Shown: piece by piece, positions 1 through 12,332 of the stretch | How positions within the stretch are numbered: position 1 is the first letter of the stretch | How the letters are laid out: each line of letters opens with the position of its first letter | Assembly (NCBI GenBank): GCA_907165135.1 | Contig: OU015566.1 | Coordinates: forward strand, 6,200,001-6,264,000 | Direction of reading: 5' to 3' | From: Oikopleura dioica | Lineage: Eukaryota > Animalia > Chordata | Length of the DNA: 64,000 nt | Made by a program: the position numbers and the translations under genes | Notes under the pieces: generated by a model | The model's input: only the letters and a program-made list of their open reading frames with translations | The model's database searches: none | What the model was told of the DNA's origin: nothing

Positions 1-360
1 TATAAGGGTTGGGATTTCAAGAAGTCCGGCTTCCGCTGGACTGTCTTTTCACAATTTTTAGCATAGTCAATGCCTTATTTTTTCTCCTCAAAATTATTTT
101 CTGGCTATTATCTACTTCTTTTGGTCGCCAAAAATTTAGATTTCCTCTGATGTTGAGGTCCCACAATGCAAATCTGGCACCTGCGATTGTTGTCAAAATG
201 AACATTTTAGGAAAGTAAGTGATGAGGATTGATGATGAATCAAAAACTAAAAAATTGCAAAAGGGCGCTCCGATAGAACTGGGCCGCCCGTCACCCTGTA
301 AGGAGGTCATTATGTAAAATTTCGAAAAATAGCTGCAGCAAATAACGATTCTTGATATCG
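1..360. mobile_element. Partial MITE-like repeat related to the TTAA-flanked element at 19111-19510
   Basis: Segment ~170-220 (GCAAATCTGGCACCTGCGATTGTTGTCAAAATGAACATTTTAGGAAAG) resembles ~19287-19338; ATTCTTGATATC near 348 matches that element's TIR; left end may lie outside the window. Confidence 0.35.
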
Positions 361-599
361 TCAAGTGTCGATGAGACTCAAGTCTTCAGGATAAATAAAT
401 CGTGGCGATAATTCGCTTTTATAAAAGCACAGATCTATCAAAAATTTCTCATGTTATAGCTCTGTGAGGGAATCTTTCGCGCCATCATTATAACGATCAT
501 CAGATCATTAAAAATCCCTTTATATGGACTAGTTTCGGCCTATAAAGTTCTGTGGCCTCCCTCTATGCTATGGGTTTTTTGGAAAATATTATCCTAAGC

Positions 600-830
600 T
601 TACCTTTAAAGTGGAATAACTCCACCATCACTGATCGAGACGCCATTATTGACAACTGAGAAGCCGGGACTGAGGTCTAAGAAGCTAGGATTGAAGTGAC
701 GCTAGGATAAGCGTAATGAAGCCGGAATCGACGCTGGAGATGCCAGGATTGAGGTTTGAGCCAACAGGATTGACGTCTGAAACACTAGGATCGAAGTTAT
801 TGAAGCCGGGATCGACTGTGGAGAAACCAA
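600..830 (-). repeat. Degenerate 21-bp tandem repeat (about 9 units) encoding a 7-aa repeat, frameshifted
   Basis: Minus strand reads VDPGFNN FDPSVSD VNPVGSN LNPGISS VDSGFIT, then a 16-nt unit shifts frame, then FNPSFLD LSPGFSV. Confidence 0.4.
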
Positions 831-879
831 TAAAATACTGTCAGTCTTAGGGTCAATCAATTAAAATTAATTCACATCC

Positions 880-1235
880 CCAAGTTGGGGAAACGGCGAC
901 TTGGGCGAGCGTCGGGGACTCGCAGTACCAAAAAGCTTTGGTACTGGCAGTACCAATTTTGGTACTGGGAGTACCAATTCCGGCTTTTCGGGTGATATTT
1001 TAACGAAATATTTCAGTCGGAACAATAGTAGGCGGGTGAATAGAAGTGCAGCCTGTCCGAATCAGTAAGTTTTTTACTACAGAACCCGCGGAGCGGGCGT
1101 TCCTGGCTGACTAGAATTTTGCCTTGCCAAAATTGATACTGGGAGTACCAAATTGATACTGGCAGTACCAATTGGTACTGGGAGTCCCTGGTAGCCACTT
1201 GGGCAAACGGCAACTTGGGCAAACGGAGACCACTC
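880..1235. mobile_element. Truncated MULE-like non-autonomous element with GTACTGGGAGTACC palindromic repeats
   Basis: Ends in ...CTTGGGCAAACGGAGACCACTC, the same terminus type as the element at 43345-44065; left terminus missing. Confidence 0.45.
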
Positions 1236-1260
1236 AATTTATTCCGATGAAAGAAGACTC

Positions 1261-1583
1261 ATATGCGTAGGCCTCGGACGTAAAAAAGACGATTTTTTCC
1301 ATCCGGTTATCGTACAGGGACGCGAGTAGGCTCATTCAAAAGCTCTTAGAAAGAGCCAATAAAAAAACTGGGACCTCCCTCCCTGTTTCGAGTAATTTTG
1401 AAAAATATTTTTCCAAGCTTACCTTCAAACTCAAATAACTCGGAGCAGGGAAAGAAGGGTCCAATTTTTTATTGTTTCAAGAGAAAGCCCTTTAGCCCCT
1501 TTAGAGCTTTAAAATGAGCCTACTCTCGCCTCTGTACGATGACCGGATGATGCTGTCGGTTTTTTCGTCCGAAGCCTACATAT
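1261..1583. mobile_element. Foldback MITE with long imperfect TIRs
   Basis: ATATGCGTAGGCCTCGGACG...ATCCGGTTATCGTACAGGGACGCGAGTAGGCTCATT mirrored by AATGAGCCTACTCTCGCCTCTGTACGATGACCGGAT...CGTCCGAAGCCTACATAT. Confidence 0.6.
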
Positions 1584-1811
1584 GCGGCCCGCATAATGCG
1601 GGCTAATGAACATTCCTCGGCAAATGACTGTTTTTTTCGGGCGAAAGCTTGTTTTAGTCCGTACATGTAATCAAACGGTGACGCAAAGGTAACAAAGGTA
1701 ACTCAAACTACCGTTTTTATCAAAACCAATGAATAATTTTCGCATTTTCACGAGCATCTCTTTGCGGCTTATTTCCGGTCTACGCGCGAAAATATACGAA
1801 AAGCCACCATC

Positions 1812-1871
1812 GAGTCTATTTTCATTGAAAACACTTTTATCTGGGTGGCTTCCTGTTCAGAAGGTATATAA
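1812..1871 (+). promoter_or_regulatory. Conserved CAP-gene promoter block (GTCTATTTT...CTGGGTSRCTTCCKGTT + TATA)
   Basis: Same block recurs at ~8161-8216, ~13547-13606 and reverse-complemented at ~35761-35806; contains an ETS-type CTTCC(T/G)G core followed by TATATAA in copies A and C. Confidence 0.55.
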
Positions 1872-1947
1872 TCTTCGTATACACACTCCATATTTTCAAA
1901 AATAATCCGAGAAAACCGACCCTTTTTAGGCCGATTTTTTGAGAAAA

Positions 1948-2975
1948 ATGACTGACGCGGAGACAAAGTAAGCCAGAAAATTTCCGAAAAAAAAATAAGC
2001 TGACGGTTTTCAGCCTTGTCATTGGCACCACCGAACTTCCAGCTAATGAGGTTGAGCACGACGAAACCGACTTGAACATTCCCGAAGTGATAGAATTCTT
2101 CAAGCTCAACGCAGCAGCTTTGCGAGCTGGACGAGAGGCTTGCTTAGCTCGACACAATGAGAAGCGTGCGCTCCACCTTAATACTGACCCTATGACGGTA
2201 TGCAATTTTTACGGGGTTATCGGTCGGACGCCCTTAAATGCCTGTTACCTATTTTTAACAGACTATTAGCCCTTATCTCGGTTAGGGTAAGGGGACAGGG
2301 GGTTCCTACTAGGACTCCCGGGGCCCCCTGGGTTAGGGTAAGGGGGGTCCCGGGGGGGGGGACGTTGTCCCCTAGGTTAGGCTTACGGCTAGGGACTGCC
2401 TGACTTTTAACCCCCTACTACCACTCTGTTGTCCCGCTTTGACAAAGCGGCTTTGTGATTAAATAATTTTCAGCTCGACATAAACATAACTCGCGACGCT
2501 CAAAATTGGGCTGAAAAAATCGCTCGCGGTGAAGTAACCGGATACGATCCTGATACGTAAGAATCTATTCACAGCATTTCGATAGTTGAAAATTATTTTT
2601 TGAAGGATCTGTGGCGAAAACATTTCGCTCATTCCCTTTTCGAGCGCCTTGCAATACTTGACCCAGGGAGACTACGTTGGCGTCGCAGAATTGGTCGTCG
2701 ACAACTGGTACAGCCAGGTCAGCAATTACAACTTCGCGCATCACACAATGACCGACCCAAATGGAGCCAAAGTCTCAAGCTTTGTCCAAACGATCTGGAA
2801 GAATTCCACGCTTTTGGGCGTTGGAATAACCCTCAAACCTGATTTTTCAGAGGTCATCGGTAAGAAATTCCAAAAAAATAACGGAAATGATTATTTTTAA
2901 GTTGTTTGCCGATACTTCCAAAAGGGAAATATCGAAGGCAATCGACCTCAGCAAGTCGGACAATTGAAGCCGTAA
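1948..2975 (+). CDS. CAP/SCP (PR-1/GLIPR2-like) protein, copy A, 5 coding exons
   Basis: In-frame GT-AG spliced exons give AGREACLARHNEKRALH, AQNWAEKIA, CGENI, DNWYSQ, SSFVQTIWKNST.LGVG, VVCRYFQKGN, stop at 2973-2975; no signal peptide. Confidence 0.85.
2270..2420 (+). mobile_element. TTAGGG-rich short element in CAP-A intron
   Basis: GGTTAGGGTAAGGGG repeats and ...CCCCCTACTACC end shared with 12090-12290, 17806-18030 and 61255-61365. Confidence 0.5.
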
Positions 2976-3118
2976 AAAACTCAATAAGAAGAAAAAAATG
3001 ATGAAGAATCATAAAAATTAGTCGAGAGAAAAAAAATTATCTAAATTTCGTTATCACATTGTTGTTTCTGTATTTTCATCATTGTAAAATTTGAAAATAA
3101 ATAAAAAAAAAACAATTA

Positions 3119-6100
3119 TTACTGGACACAATAATCTACAGGAGAAACGAAGATGATCGGACTCATAACTTGCGTTCCTTGATCTGCGACAACATCAGTC
3201 GATATAAAATTATCTTCGGCGTCTTTTTCAAAGGTTCAAAAAACTCAAAACATTTTTAACTGATAAAATTTTGAGAAATTTAGCAGCTGGAGCCTTTGCC
3301 TAAACTTATTTTTTGAACTGAAGATTCGTATCCTAAGAATGCGAAGATCATTGCAGCTGAAGACTTTTCATCCGCAGTATAACCAGGAAAAACAAAGACA
3401 GAGTTTCCCAAATTAATTGCTGATGGATATTCAACAGCCTAAAAGAAGAAAAGTAGCTCAAGAATGAGAAGCCATTACCAATGACTCATTAGTGAATCCT
3501 CGAAAAAACTAAGAATACCTTTGAAAGAGAGCCAATTTTCGACCACTGGTTGTTCTTCAGTTTCCAAATTTCACTCGACTTTTCGTCTGCCGTTAAATCA
3601 TCACCTCCAGCGGTCAAAAGAACTCCTGAAGGTAGTCCCACAGTTGCGCAGCTCTTCAGCGATCTTCAACTTTTAAAAGGGTTCAGCAAAAGCTCGCTTA
3701 CCGTGGATGCTCCTGAAGTGAAGTCCATCCTGCTCCGTCCCAAGCTTCAACTGCCCCCTGTGCGCCTTTTCCTCCGACAGCCGTCGGCTGGCCATTGTAC
3801 AGTCCAAATCCACCGTAGTAGTGTTTTATTCTCGTTTCGTCTATTAAATCGGAAGTAAGACCATCGAACACCTCGCAGTTTTGATCATTGACTTCGTCGA
3901 AGCAAATGATGGCTTGAAATAAGTTATCATAAATAATTTTCAACAAAAAACCCAAAACTCTGATGAGAGGAGAAGATGGGCATTCTGTTACCTTTATCTC
4001 CTGTTTTAACAGAAAGAGCGGCGTGACTATAAGAATAAGAATAAATCAAGCGCACCGGTAATTCGGTCATCATGCAGCCATCTAACCGAGCAATCTATAA
4101 TTTTATAAGTGTTTTATGAATAAATTATGATAGAAGTTAAAGTTACTCTATTTTCGTCGTCGTATCCGCCAAAGATATGGAGCTGGTCGTTGACGAGTGC
4201 TTGCCTTGAGTGGAGAGTATAGGACGAGATTTTATTTTTGTAGATGTTTGCCGCCATATCGTATAATTTATAGTCAGCAGGAGATTTGAGGGATAGTGAT
4301 TTGCTCTCTCCGTTCTCGAGTAGCGCGTACGGGCGGTACGATGCAAGGGGAACAGGAAGAATCACATTTATCTGTCTCATCTGATTCGGAGAATAATAAA
4401 AGTTCTTTAATTTGGTGCCTTTGTCAAACTTGAAAAGTCGGACTTTTTTGTTTCCTGAATTTTGAAGGCCTGTCATTTTTATCGTTGATTTTGCCTTTGG
4501 CATTCTTTCGCCATTCTTTATGATTTCCAAAATCGACGATTCTGAGGAAGCACTAGAATGGAAAAGAAATTCAAGTTCCTCAATTTCGGATTCATTTGAT
4601 TTTGAAATTACTGTCTTCTGGAAATAATCAGAATCGACCCAAATCGAGCTATTAGCACCCATTCCAAAGCTAAATAGACTCTGCCCGTCGAAAAATTTCA
4701 GCTCGAATATCTTTGCTGTTCTTCGCGTTTGGTGATGACTCTGATGCGGTTGGAGATGAAGTCGGAACCTCTGCGTTCCATTGAAATTCATTTCAAAAGT
4801 CGAAATGTGGCTCAATTCTTCGAGCGATGAAAAATAATTGTCTGGAATCAGAGTTTTGAACTGGAAACTTGGGCGAGAAAATTGAGACTGAAACACTGGA
4901 TTTTTCGAAAAAAGAGGAAAGACGTCGTCGTGAAAGGCAAAAAACGGATTGCTTGTGACATGCATTTTCTTGGACGATTTTCGCTGGACGAATTCGAGCT
5001 CGATTCTGTCGAAAAGGAAGACGATTTCGAATGTGATCTCGAAAACGTAGCTCTGAATAAAGATCCTTTCATCATTCACGATTCCATTGCCGAAGTACTC
5101 GCACTCGTCTTTGTTGAATCCCATCTGATCAGTGTAGTAAATGTCGTCCGAGGCAAATAATTTCGAGTAACAAACTGATTTTTCCTCGTAGTCAACAAGA
5201 GAGCCGATCCATTCGCTGTCTAGCACCAGAAATTTTCCGTCTGCCTCTAGCAGTACTGAGTAGAGCGTGTTGGAGAGTGGCACACTTCTTAAAACCAATA
5301 TCAAAATCAGTTTTCCCAAATCGATCTATTCAGAGTTTCACTTGATTTTCGGGGGATGATAAACGAAAATTATATAGTAATGTTCAGTTGAAACTCTTGT
5401 CAAGGGGATCACGTGAACAGGATCCAAATCCCTAAAATCAGCCGGAAGAAAAATTTCGTTCTTTTTCCATCCTTTTTCAAACTCTTCGCTCCTTCTTATT
5501 CGATTCAACGCCATTGTCGTTGAAAGCTTGATGTATCGATCGCCAAGCATCATGCTCATTAGATGGAAGACCTCGTTGAAGCTGACGGAAGAGAGCTTGG
5601 CATTGAAGTGATTGCTAGCGATGAAACCTTGCGCTTCTTCGAAACGATTCAAGTTGTAGTCTGGAGCGTAGTAGTAGCATTTATCCGACCTTCCTGTTGG
5701 CGAGCTTTTCAAGGTCAAAATCAAAGAACCATCTTAGCCCACATTAATTTTTGACCATTTTCAAATAACGACGACAGGAAAAACTTTCATATTTTTGTCT
5801 TTCCGACGGATCTCAATTTGGTGAGTGCCGATTGATGAACGAAAATGGAAGATGTAAAACCCTCTTTTGAATGCAGTTTGTTCAAATTGCAAAGAAAAAT
5901 AAAGAACTTACATATCATTGCGTCTGTTTGAAATAAAAGTCGGGAAAAATCCGTCTTCTTTCACGATCAAAAGATTTCCCTTTGCATCAACCAAGTAATG
6001 CTCGCCATTGAGAAAGGCAGCACCAGTTGACTTTGCCGTTTTGACGATTATTTTAGAAAAAAAATTATTGTCAGTTTCAATAATTCAACAAAAACCGTTC

Positions 6101-7437
6101 ATATGGAACAAGAGAGTCAAGAGCATTTATGTTGACATTTTTGGAATTCTCCGACAAGTCATGAAGAAGAATCGAAAATTGATGAGTTGGTAGAGACTTG
6201 CGACCCTCCCATCGGCCAGTTATCTTTTCGATTGATTGGTATTCGTGTGTGTTCTTTTTTGCTTTTGGCACTGTACTTGACTGAGTCGTTGCTGAAGAAG
6301 TTGTTGGTGGCTCGACAGCATTCGCTTCTTGGAGATTAGACTCTTCCGCTTCGCGCCCTGAAAAAAGTGCGAGATACCATTCTAGTGACATGCTAAAGTC
6401 TGTTTCCTCGTCTGTATCGTTGTGTGTTGACATCGTCGATTGCGCTGTCGTGGATGTTGGCTCATACGAAAACGTAGAAGTTAGCATTGCCTCGGCGAAA
6501 TTCTCTTTTTCGCTTAGATCAAAGACAGGGATGAATTTTTGCGGCGACTCGAATTTCTCACATTTGTAAAAAGGACAGGGACACCCACGAGAACAGTATT
6601 TCTGAGTCGGGCAAACTTCTCCCGCCGAGTCAAAGGATCGAGTCAGCTTGAAACAGATCGACTCGCAAGGCGGAATCGGGTTCGTCCTCGTTGATTCCAA
6701 AACAAGCGTTTTCGAGCAAAGATGGCGGCAGATTTTTTGATCGTAAAACTGCTTCTTTTGACAGCGGCGGAGATTGACGCGATTTTCCTCCGCTGAAAAG
6801 AGGATCGGGTCGCTTTCTTTTGGTCTGATGTCGAAAACTCGCTCAGAAAGGACGAACTTGCCCGTTTCACGGCATCTCTTCATTAGATCAGCGCAGTAGT
6901 CCATCGTTTCAATTCGCACGCATTTTTTGTAGTTTCGGTGGCAAGTCGAAGTCAAAAATGTTCTAACGGCTCGGGATTGTTCCAGAGAATAAAAATTTGC
7001 TGATAATAAAGAATTGAAAAACCCGATTAATTCAAGAAAATTTACCCAAGAGCATAATTGAAACCCAAAAAAGCGTGCCCGTGCCGAGATAGGTAAGCCT
7101 TTGAGGCGTCGTTGAAAAGCCATGCTCAGCAAAGCTTAGTTTATCGTTCACCTTCTTCTTCCAAGTTTTTTCTTCTTTCAGATCTGCTTGTTGTGTTTTT
7201 ATGTCTCGAGTAGTAAGAACTTCGTCGGGAAATAAGAAGACTTTGCCGTTTTTTTGTTTAAGAACGCCGATGCAGTCGCAGTCCAAACACTAATTATGCT
7301 TTCACAACCAATTGAACAAACTACAGGGCCTCTTGTACAGGCATTTTAAGGACAATCAACTCTTTAAGAAAATGAACCTGAACTTTAGATGTGTTCTTTC
7401 GTCTCAAATTCGTCTCATTTTCGATGATCAAAACCAT
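3119..7437 (-). CDS. Multi-exon type II membrane protein with Cys-rich CPC-C-GCPC module, Ser/Thr-rich stalk and C-terminal kelch-like repeats (gene X copy 1)
   Basis: Exons include CDCIGVLK, TM segment LTYLGTGTLFWVSIMLLG, CPTQKYCSRGCPCPFYKC, HIFGG, LYNGQPTAVGG, end SPVDYCVQ*; homologous to 50706-54603. Confidence 0.75.
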
Positions 7438-7641
7438 ACCGAGTGAATTTTATCTCAAAAATATTATTCTCAAACTAAACCAGCATCATTTCTGACAAGT
7501 TCTTCTGACAAGGCTGTGCTTACAGGACATCATTGGCATTTTAAAGTTCACAAGGTTGCCTCGGTTTACAACTTTAAGTTGAACTCTTGAACTCTTTTTG
7601 CCTTTTTAGTTGAAACAAAGATCTTCTGCACCCTTTGTTAA

Positions 7642-8027
7642 GGGGGTAGAAACAGCTTTTATCCGAAAAAGGCGATTTTTGACCGGCGCTACAGACAAGA
7701 GAATCTTACATTTTCAAATTTTCTCTTCAGGTTTAGATAGATAAATCTTAGATCTAGGAACATCTCTCTCGAAATTTGTTTTAGTCATCGAATTTTTGAG
7801 TAAATGGGCTCAGAAGCAGCTCATCTCTCCGAAATTTTCGATTTTCGCCAATTTTCAAACACGAATATATCGAGTCACCTGATAGTTAAATAAATTTCAT
7901 TCACATTTTTGTGAAGCTCAACCCTTTTTCTAGGAACATTTATGAGGAAAGTTCGAGGAAATAAATAAATCTTATGTTTTCTTTTATGTAGCTGCAGTCC
8001 AAAATCGAGGAAACTGTTTCTACCCCC
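7642..8027. mobile_element. MITE, TTAA TSD, 14-bp perfect TIR
   Basis: TTAA-GGGGGTAGAAACAG ... CTGTTTCTACCCCC-TTAA. Confidence 0.85.
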
Positions 8028-8254
8028 TTAAGCATCATATATTCTTTATCGATTCATTAAGAGCTTCGCCCCTTTTTGATGATTTGAAGCATCGTTTAGA
8101 GCAACTTGCTTCGAAGGTTCTTTCCTCTCCATGCGTAAAATAAACAGAGAGCCATTTTCCAGTCTATTTTTATCGAAAACACCTTTTTCTGGGTCGCTTC
8201 CGGTTCAGCATCATAAATGCTTGCGGTGCCTTCTCAAGCATCTCACTTCAAGAG

Positions 8255-10704
8255 ATGGCTAGGTTTTTGTTAGATACAATCCACGACGCAACCGATAACG
8301 GGGATTTGATTAATCAAGACCCTGATGATATAATAGCAAATAACACCGCAAGGTGAGGCGTAGGTATTAAGACATAATTAATTGATGTAACTTAGTGATG
8401 TCTATATCACTGACACGCATATTATACCCGTTGGTAACGAAGAAGTAAAGAGGGGTCCGGTAGACAAAAAGGAAGTACAGAGGATGTTTCAAACTGACAT
8501 GGAAGCTATCAAAGCTGGTCGCAACTCCACCCTGGCCAGGCACAATGCGAAGCGTGACCTGCACCGAGGGACAGCTCCAATGCAGGTCCGCGATATCTGA
8601 CTTATCTTTTCCGATTACTTAATTTTTCAGCTAAACCAGCGTGCAAGTGACAAGGCGCAAGACTGGGCGGAGAAAATTGCACGTGGTGAAGCATTTGGTT
8701 TCGATCCAGATAATACGTATGAATCATACTCTATGTTCCACAACCTGTGTAGAAAACCTGAGTCTGGGTCTGAAAAATATTTGATAAAAAGGAGCGCAGT
8801 GGCTTTTAAGGAAATAAGGAGAGTAACTGAATAGCGCCGCCCGATTTAAGTCGCCGTGACCCCTAAAAACCCGATCCGATCCGATCCTGGTTTCAGGGAA
8901 GAATATAGTATTCGGATTATCAGTTCAAGTGCCAGTAGACTCGGATAAGCAGCCAGGGAAACGACAGCGCCATGACCCAGAAAAGAAGTGGGAGATGATA
9001 CGGGCGTAAGAGAGCGAGTCATTTAAGCGGCTGTCCGGTACTCACGCAAACCAGTTCCGAAAATTATAGTCAAGGGCTATAATATTCTTAGGGGAAAAGT
9101 TAAGAGAATTTTGAGAGTATCAAAACTCGCGAAGCCGAGAATTATGCAACTCTCAAAATTCTCACTCCATCCCTAGAATAAGCTCATTTATATTTCCCCT
9201 AGCCTAGGCTAATTTCAAAAAAATTCTTTCGGGCCCGAAAATCATGAAAAAACTGCTTGTGTAGGATTGTAGAGCTCGTCGAGACGAGTCGATTGATACC
9301 TGTAACTCTTGAAAATTCCAAGATTTTCCGCCTACGCAACTGATAAGAAGGTTGCTCAAACAAAATCGTAATTCCACTGCCGTTTTTGTTCTAGAGTAGC
9401 TACGAGGGAGTTCGACCCCTAGAAATGATCCTCATGAAAAGTTGTACTGACAGAGGAAGTTTGAACCTCTTATCTCGTGTCATGCCGAGCTTATCAGTGA
9501 AAAATCGTTTTTTTTCCATATATTCTCACAAAACATGTAAAATGATCAGTTTTTTGCACTGAATTCATTAATGAATGAAATATTTAACCTAAACAAACGA
9601 TTAATATCAATCTTAATATCGCTTTGTAAGAAAATATGGAAAAAACGATTTTTCACTGATAAGCTCGGCAGGACACGTGATAAGAGGTCCAAACTTCCTC
9701 TGTCAGTACAACTTTTTATAAGGATCATTTCTAGGGGTCAAACTCCCTCGTAGCTACTCTAGAACAAAAACGGCAGTGGAATTACGATTTTGTTTGAGCA
9801 ACCTTCTTATCAGTTGCGTAGGCGGAAAATCTTGGAATTTTCAAGAGTTAGAGGTATCAATCGACTCGTCTCGACGAGCTCTACAATCCTACACTAGCAG
9901 TTTTTTCATGATTTCCGGGCCCGAAAGAATTTTTTTGAAATTATCAGGTAGTGTGTAGGTGATGAGCACTTGCTTACATACTACCCAAACCGTAACCTTG
10001 ACTCTAAGGCTGCTAAGAGTCATCCATAGTATTGTTGTCGCGCGTGCTCGGGAATATTCCTCTTACCATAGCTGTTATGCGTGATTACTATACGGTAAAG
10101 TCTATACGGTATAGACTATACCTTTCTTGAACCTAGGTTGGCGGGGTCAAGCTCTCGCTCTTTTTCCGAACATTTTGTTTGGTCAGTATTTGGTCTGACG
10201 AGACCCGGTTCGTACCGGACCGGGCGGCGCAGGGTGGCGCAAGGCGGCGGTATTCAGTTTCCCCGAAATAAGGGGCAAAACCGCAGAAAAACAAATATTA
10301 TATTTGAAATATATTTTCATTTCTAAGCGGTTTATTTAGAGTCTGTGGGGAAAACGTCATCTTGCTCTACACCAATAATGACTTGGAATTCATGACCATG
10401 AACAATTTTCAAGAAACCGGAAAAATATGCGTCGATCGTTGGTATGAGCAAATCAACAATTACGATTTCGACAATCATGCGGCCCGTCAAGCGGGAAAAC
10501 CAATTGGTAGTTTTACTCAGGCAGTCTGGAAGAATTCCACATATCTCGGCGTCGGAATTGCCAAGGAGAAAGATGGAAAATACATCATTGGTAGACATTT
10601 TCCTCTTTGAAGAAATAACTTTATTTTCAGTCGTTTGCCGCTACTTTCAAAAGGGGAACATCAAGGGTAAACGAGCCCGCAATATCGGCAGACTTAAAAA
10701 CTGA
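8255..10704 (+). CDS. CAP/SCP protein, copy B, with ~1.6-kb MITE-filled intron
   Basis: AGRNSTLARHNAKRDLH, AQDWAEKIA, CGENV, DRWYEQ, GSFTQAVWKNSTYLGVG, VVCRYFQKGN; N-terminal exons less certain. Confidence 0.8.
9210..9943. mobile_element. Foldback element with ~315-bp near-perfect inverted arms, in CAP-B intron
   Basis: 9210-~9524 is the reverse complement of ~9628-9943 with few mismatches; ~100-bp AT-rich spacer. Confidence 0.85.
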
Positions 10705-10830
10705 TTATTGATTTATGGAAATTTCTGAGTTCTTGAGAAAGACTGACTCTGTACTTCATTAAATTTGTTGTTTTAAATTTATTGAAATTTTTATAATTTC
10801 TATTGCAAGTTATAGCGGTTCCACTGGCAG

Positions 10831-11770
10831 CAGAGTTGCAAATTTTGTGAGCTAGCTGAGCTGAGCTATCTGAGCTAGCTGAGCTTCAGCTCAGCTCAGC
10901 AATTTTGAGGTGAGAGTCAGCTCAGCTCATCTCAGCTCAATTTTTCTGAAGAAAGCTAGCTCAGCTCAGCTCAGCTCAATGGTTTCTCGAAAAAAGTCAG
11001 CTCAGCTCAGCTAGCTCAATTTTAACCTCAGCTCAGCTAGCTCAGCTCAGCTCAGTCTATTGAGCTGACAAAGATCGAACCACTTTTGATTGGTCCTTCT
11101 TTCAAAAAAAGTCAACGTATTTTCTATACATGCTTTCCTGTTGGTCAATTTCAACAGATAGAAATAATTCGAGTTTTCTTTGAAGCAAGAGCGAAATTAG
11201 ATAAAAAAAGGGTTTCCAATAAAAAATAATAAAGTACAGATGGTAAATATGTGATTGCGAATGTGAGAGACTGGTCTAGGGGTGTGCGAGGGCAGGAGCT
11301 CCCTGTCCATCTACTCTAGAAGGTTGAAACATTGGCTCACCCACATAAATGATACCACTGTATAATATTTTGGAAGATTTCTTATTTTTAAATGACAGAA
11401 TAAGTTTTTAATGTCAAAAAAATGCGATGTTGCGAGTGATATGCTGGTCTAGGGGTGTGTGAGGGCAGGGGATCCCTGTCCGTCTACTCTAGAAGGTTGA
11501 AATTAGCTTCAACACATTTTTTTGGCATTTTTTGTAACAAATGAAAATCAGTTCTCTCAGATCAGCTCAGCTAAAAAAATGGTCAGCTCAGCTCAGCTAG
11601 CTCAGTCTGAGAAATCGTCAGCTCAGCTCAGCTCAAAAATAGTCAAATATACCCCAGCTCAGCTCAGCTCAATTTTTTTGAAAAAATCCAGCTCAGCTCA
11701 GCTCAGCTCAATTTCGACCTCAGCTCAGCTAGCTCAGCTCAAAAAAAATTTTCAAAAATTTGCAACTCTG
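10831..11770. mobile_element. hAT-like MITE with (GCTCA)n subterminal repeats
   Basis: 8-bp TSD ACTGGCAG (10823-10830, 11771-11778); TIR CAGAGTTGCAAATTTT; internal ~60-bp direct repeat at ~11270 and ~11445. Confidence 0.85.
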
Positions 11771-12089
11771 ACTGGCAGCAATAACAAAAAAATGGTACAG
11801 TTGGTTTTCTAATTTCCGGACTAATTTTGTCCCCTGGTTTCCAAAAAAATGTCCGGAAATTTGGGTCACCGGAAAAAATTTTATGTCCCACCAAGTATTC
11901 TTAAAAAAGCGTTGGTACGGACTCAATACAAAGAGATTATGAAAGAAAAACCAGTGAATGACCCTTAGTTTTACTGTTCTTCTTCAACCTCGCGAACAAG
12001 CTCAGCTTGCGCCCAAAAAGAAGTTAATTTAACCGTAAATTGATCGCTTTTTAGAGAAAATGATCGCTCATCAATAAAATTTTGAAAAA

Positions 12090-12290
12090 AGAGGTTATCA
12101 TTCGAGCCATCCAATTTCTCTAGAATATGGTCCATATTATATGGACTAGTGAATAGGGTAAGGGACTGGGAACTCTTAACGGGGAGTCCGGGGCCTAGGC
12201 CTTAGGTGGGGGCCCCCGGGGGAGGAGTAGCCCCCTTTGGTTAGGTTAAGGGTTAGGGGCAGCCCGAATGATACCCCCCTACTACCCCCA
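12090..12290 (+). mobile_element. TTAGGG-rich short element with subterminal inverted repeats
   Basis: 5' GAGGTTATCATTCGAGCC and 3' GCCCGAATGATACCCCCTACTAC. Confidence 0.55.
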
Positions 12291-12332
12291 ATATAATATT
12301 GGCAATATTCTTTGCTTCTTAAGCGTCTTTAG

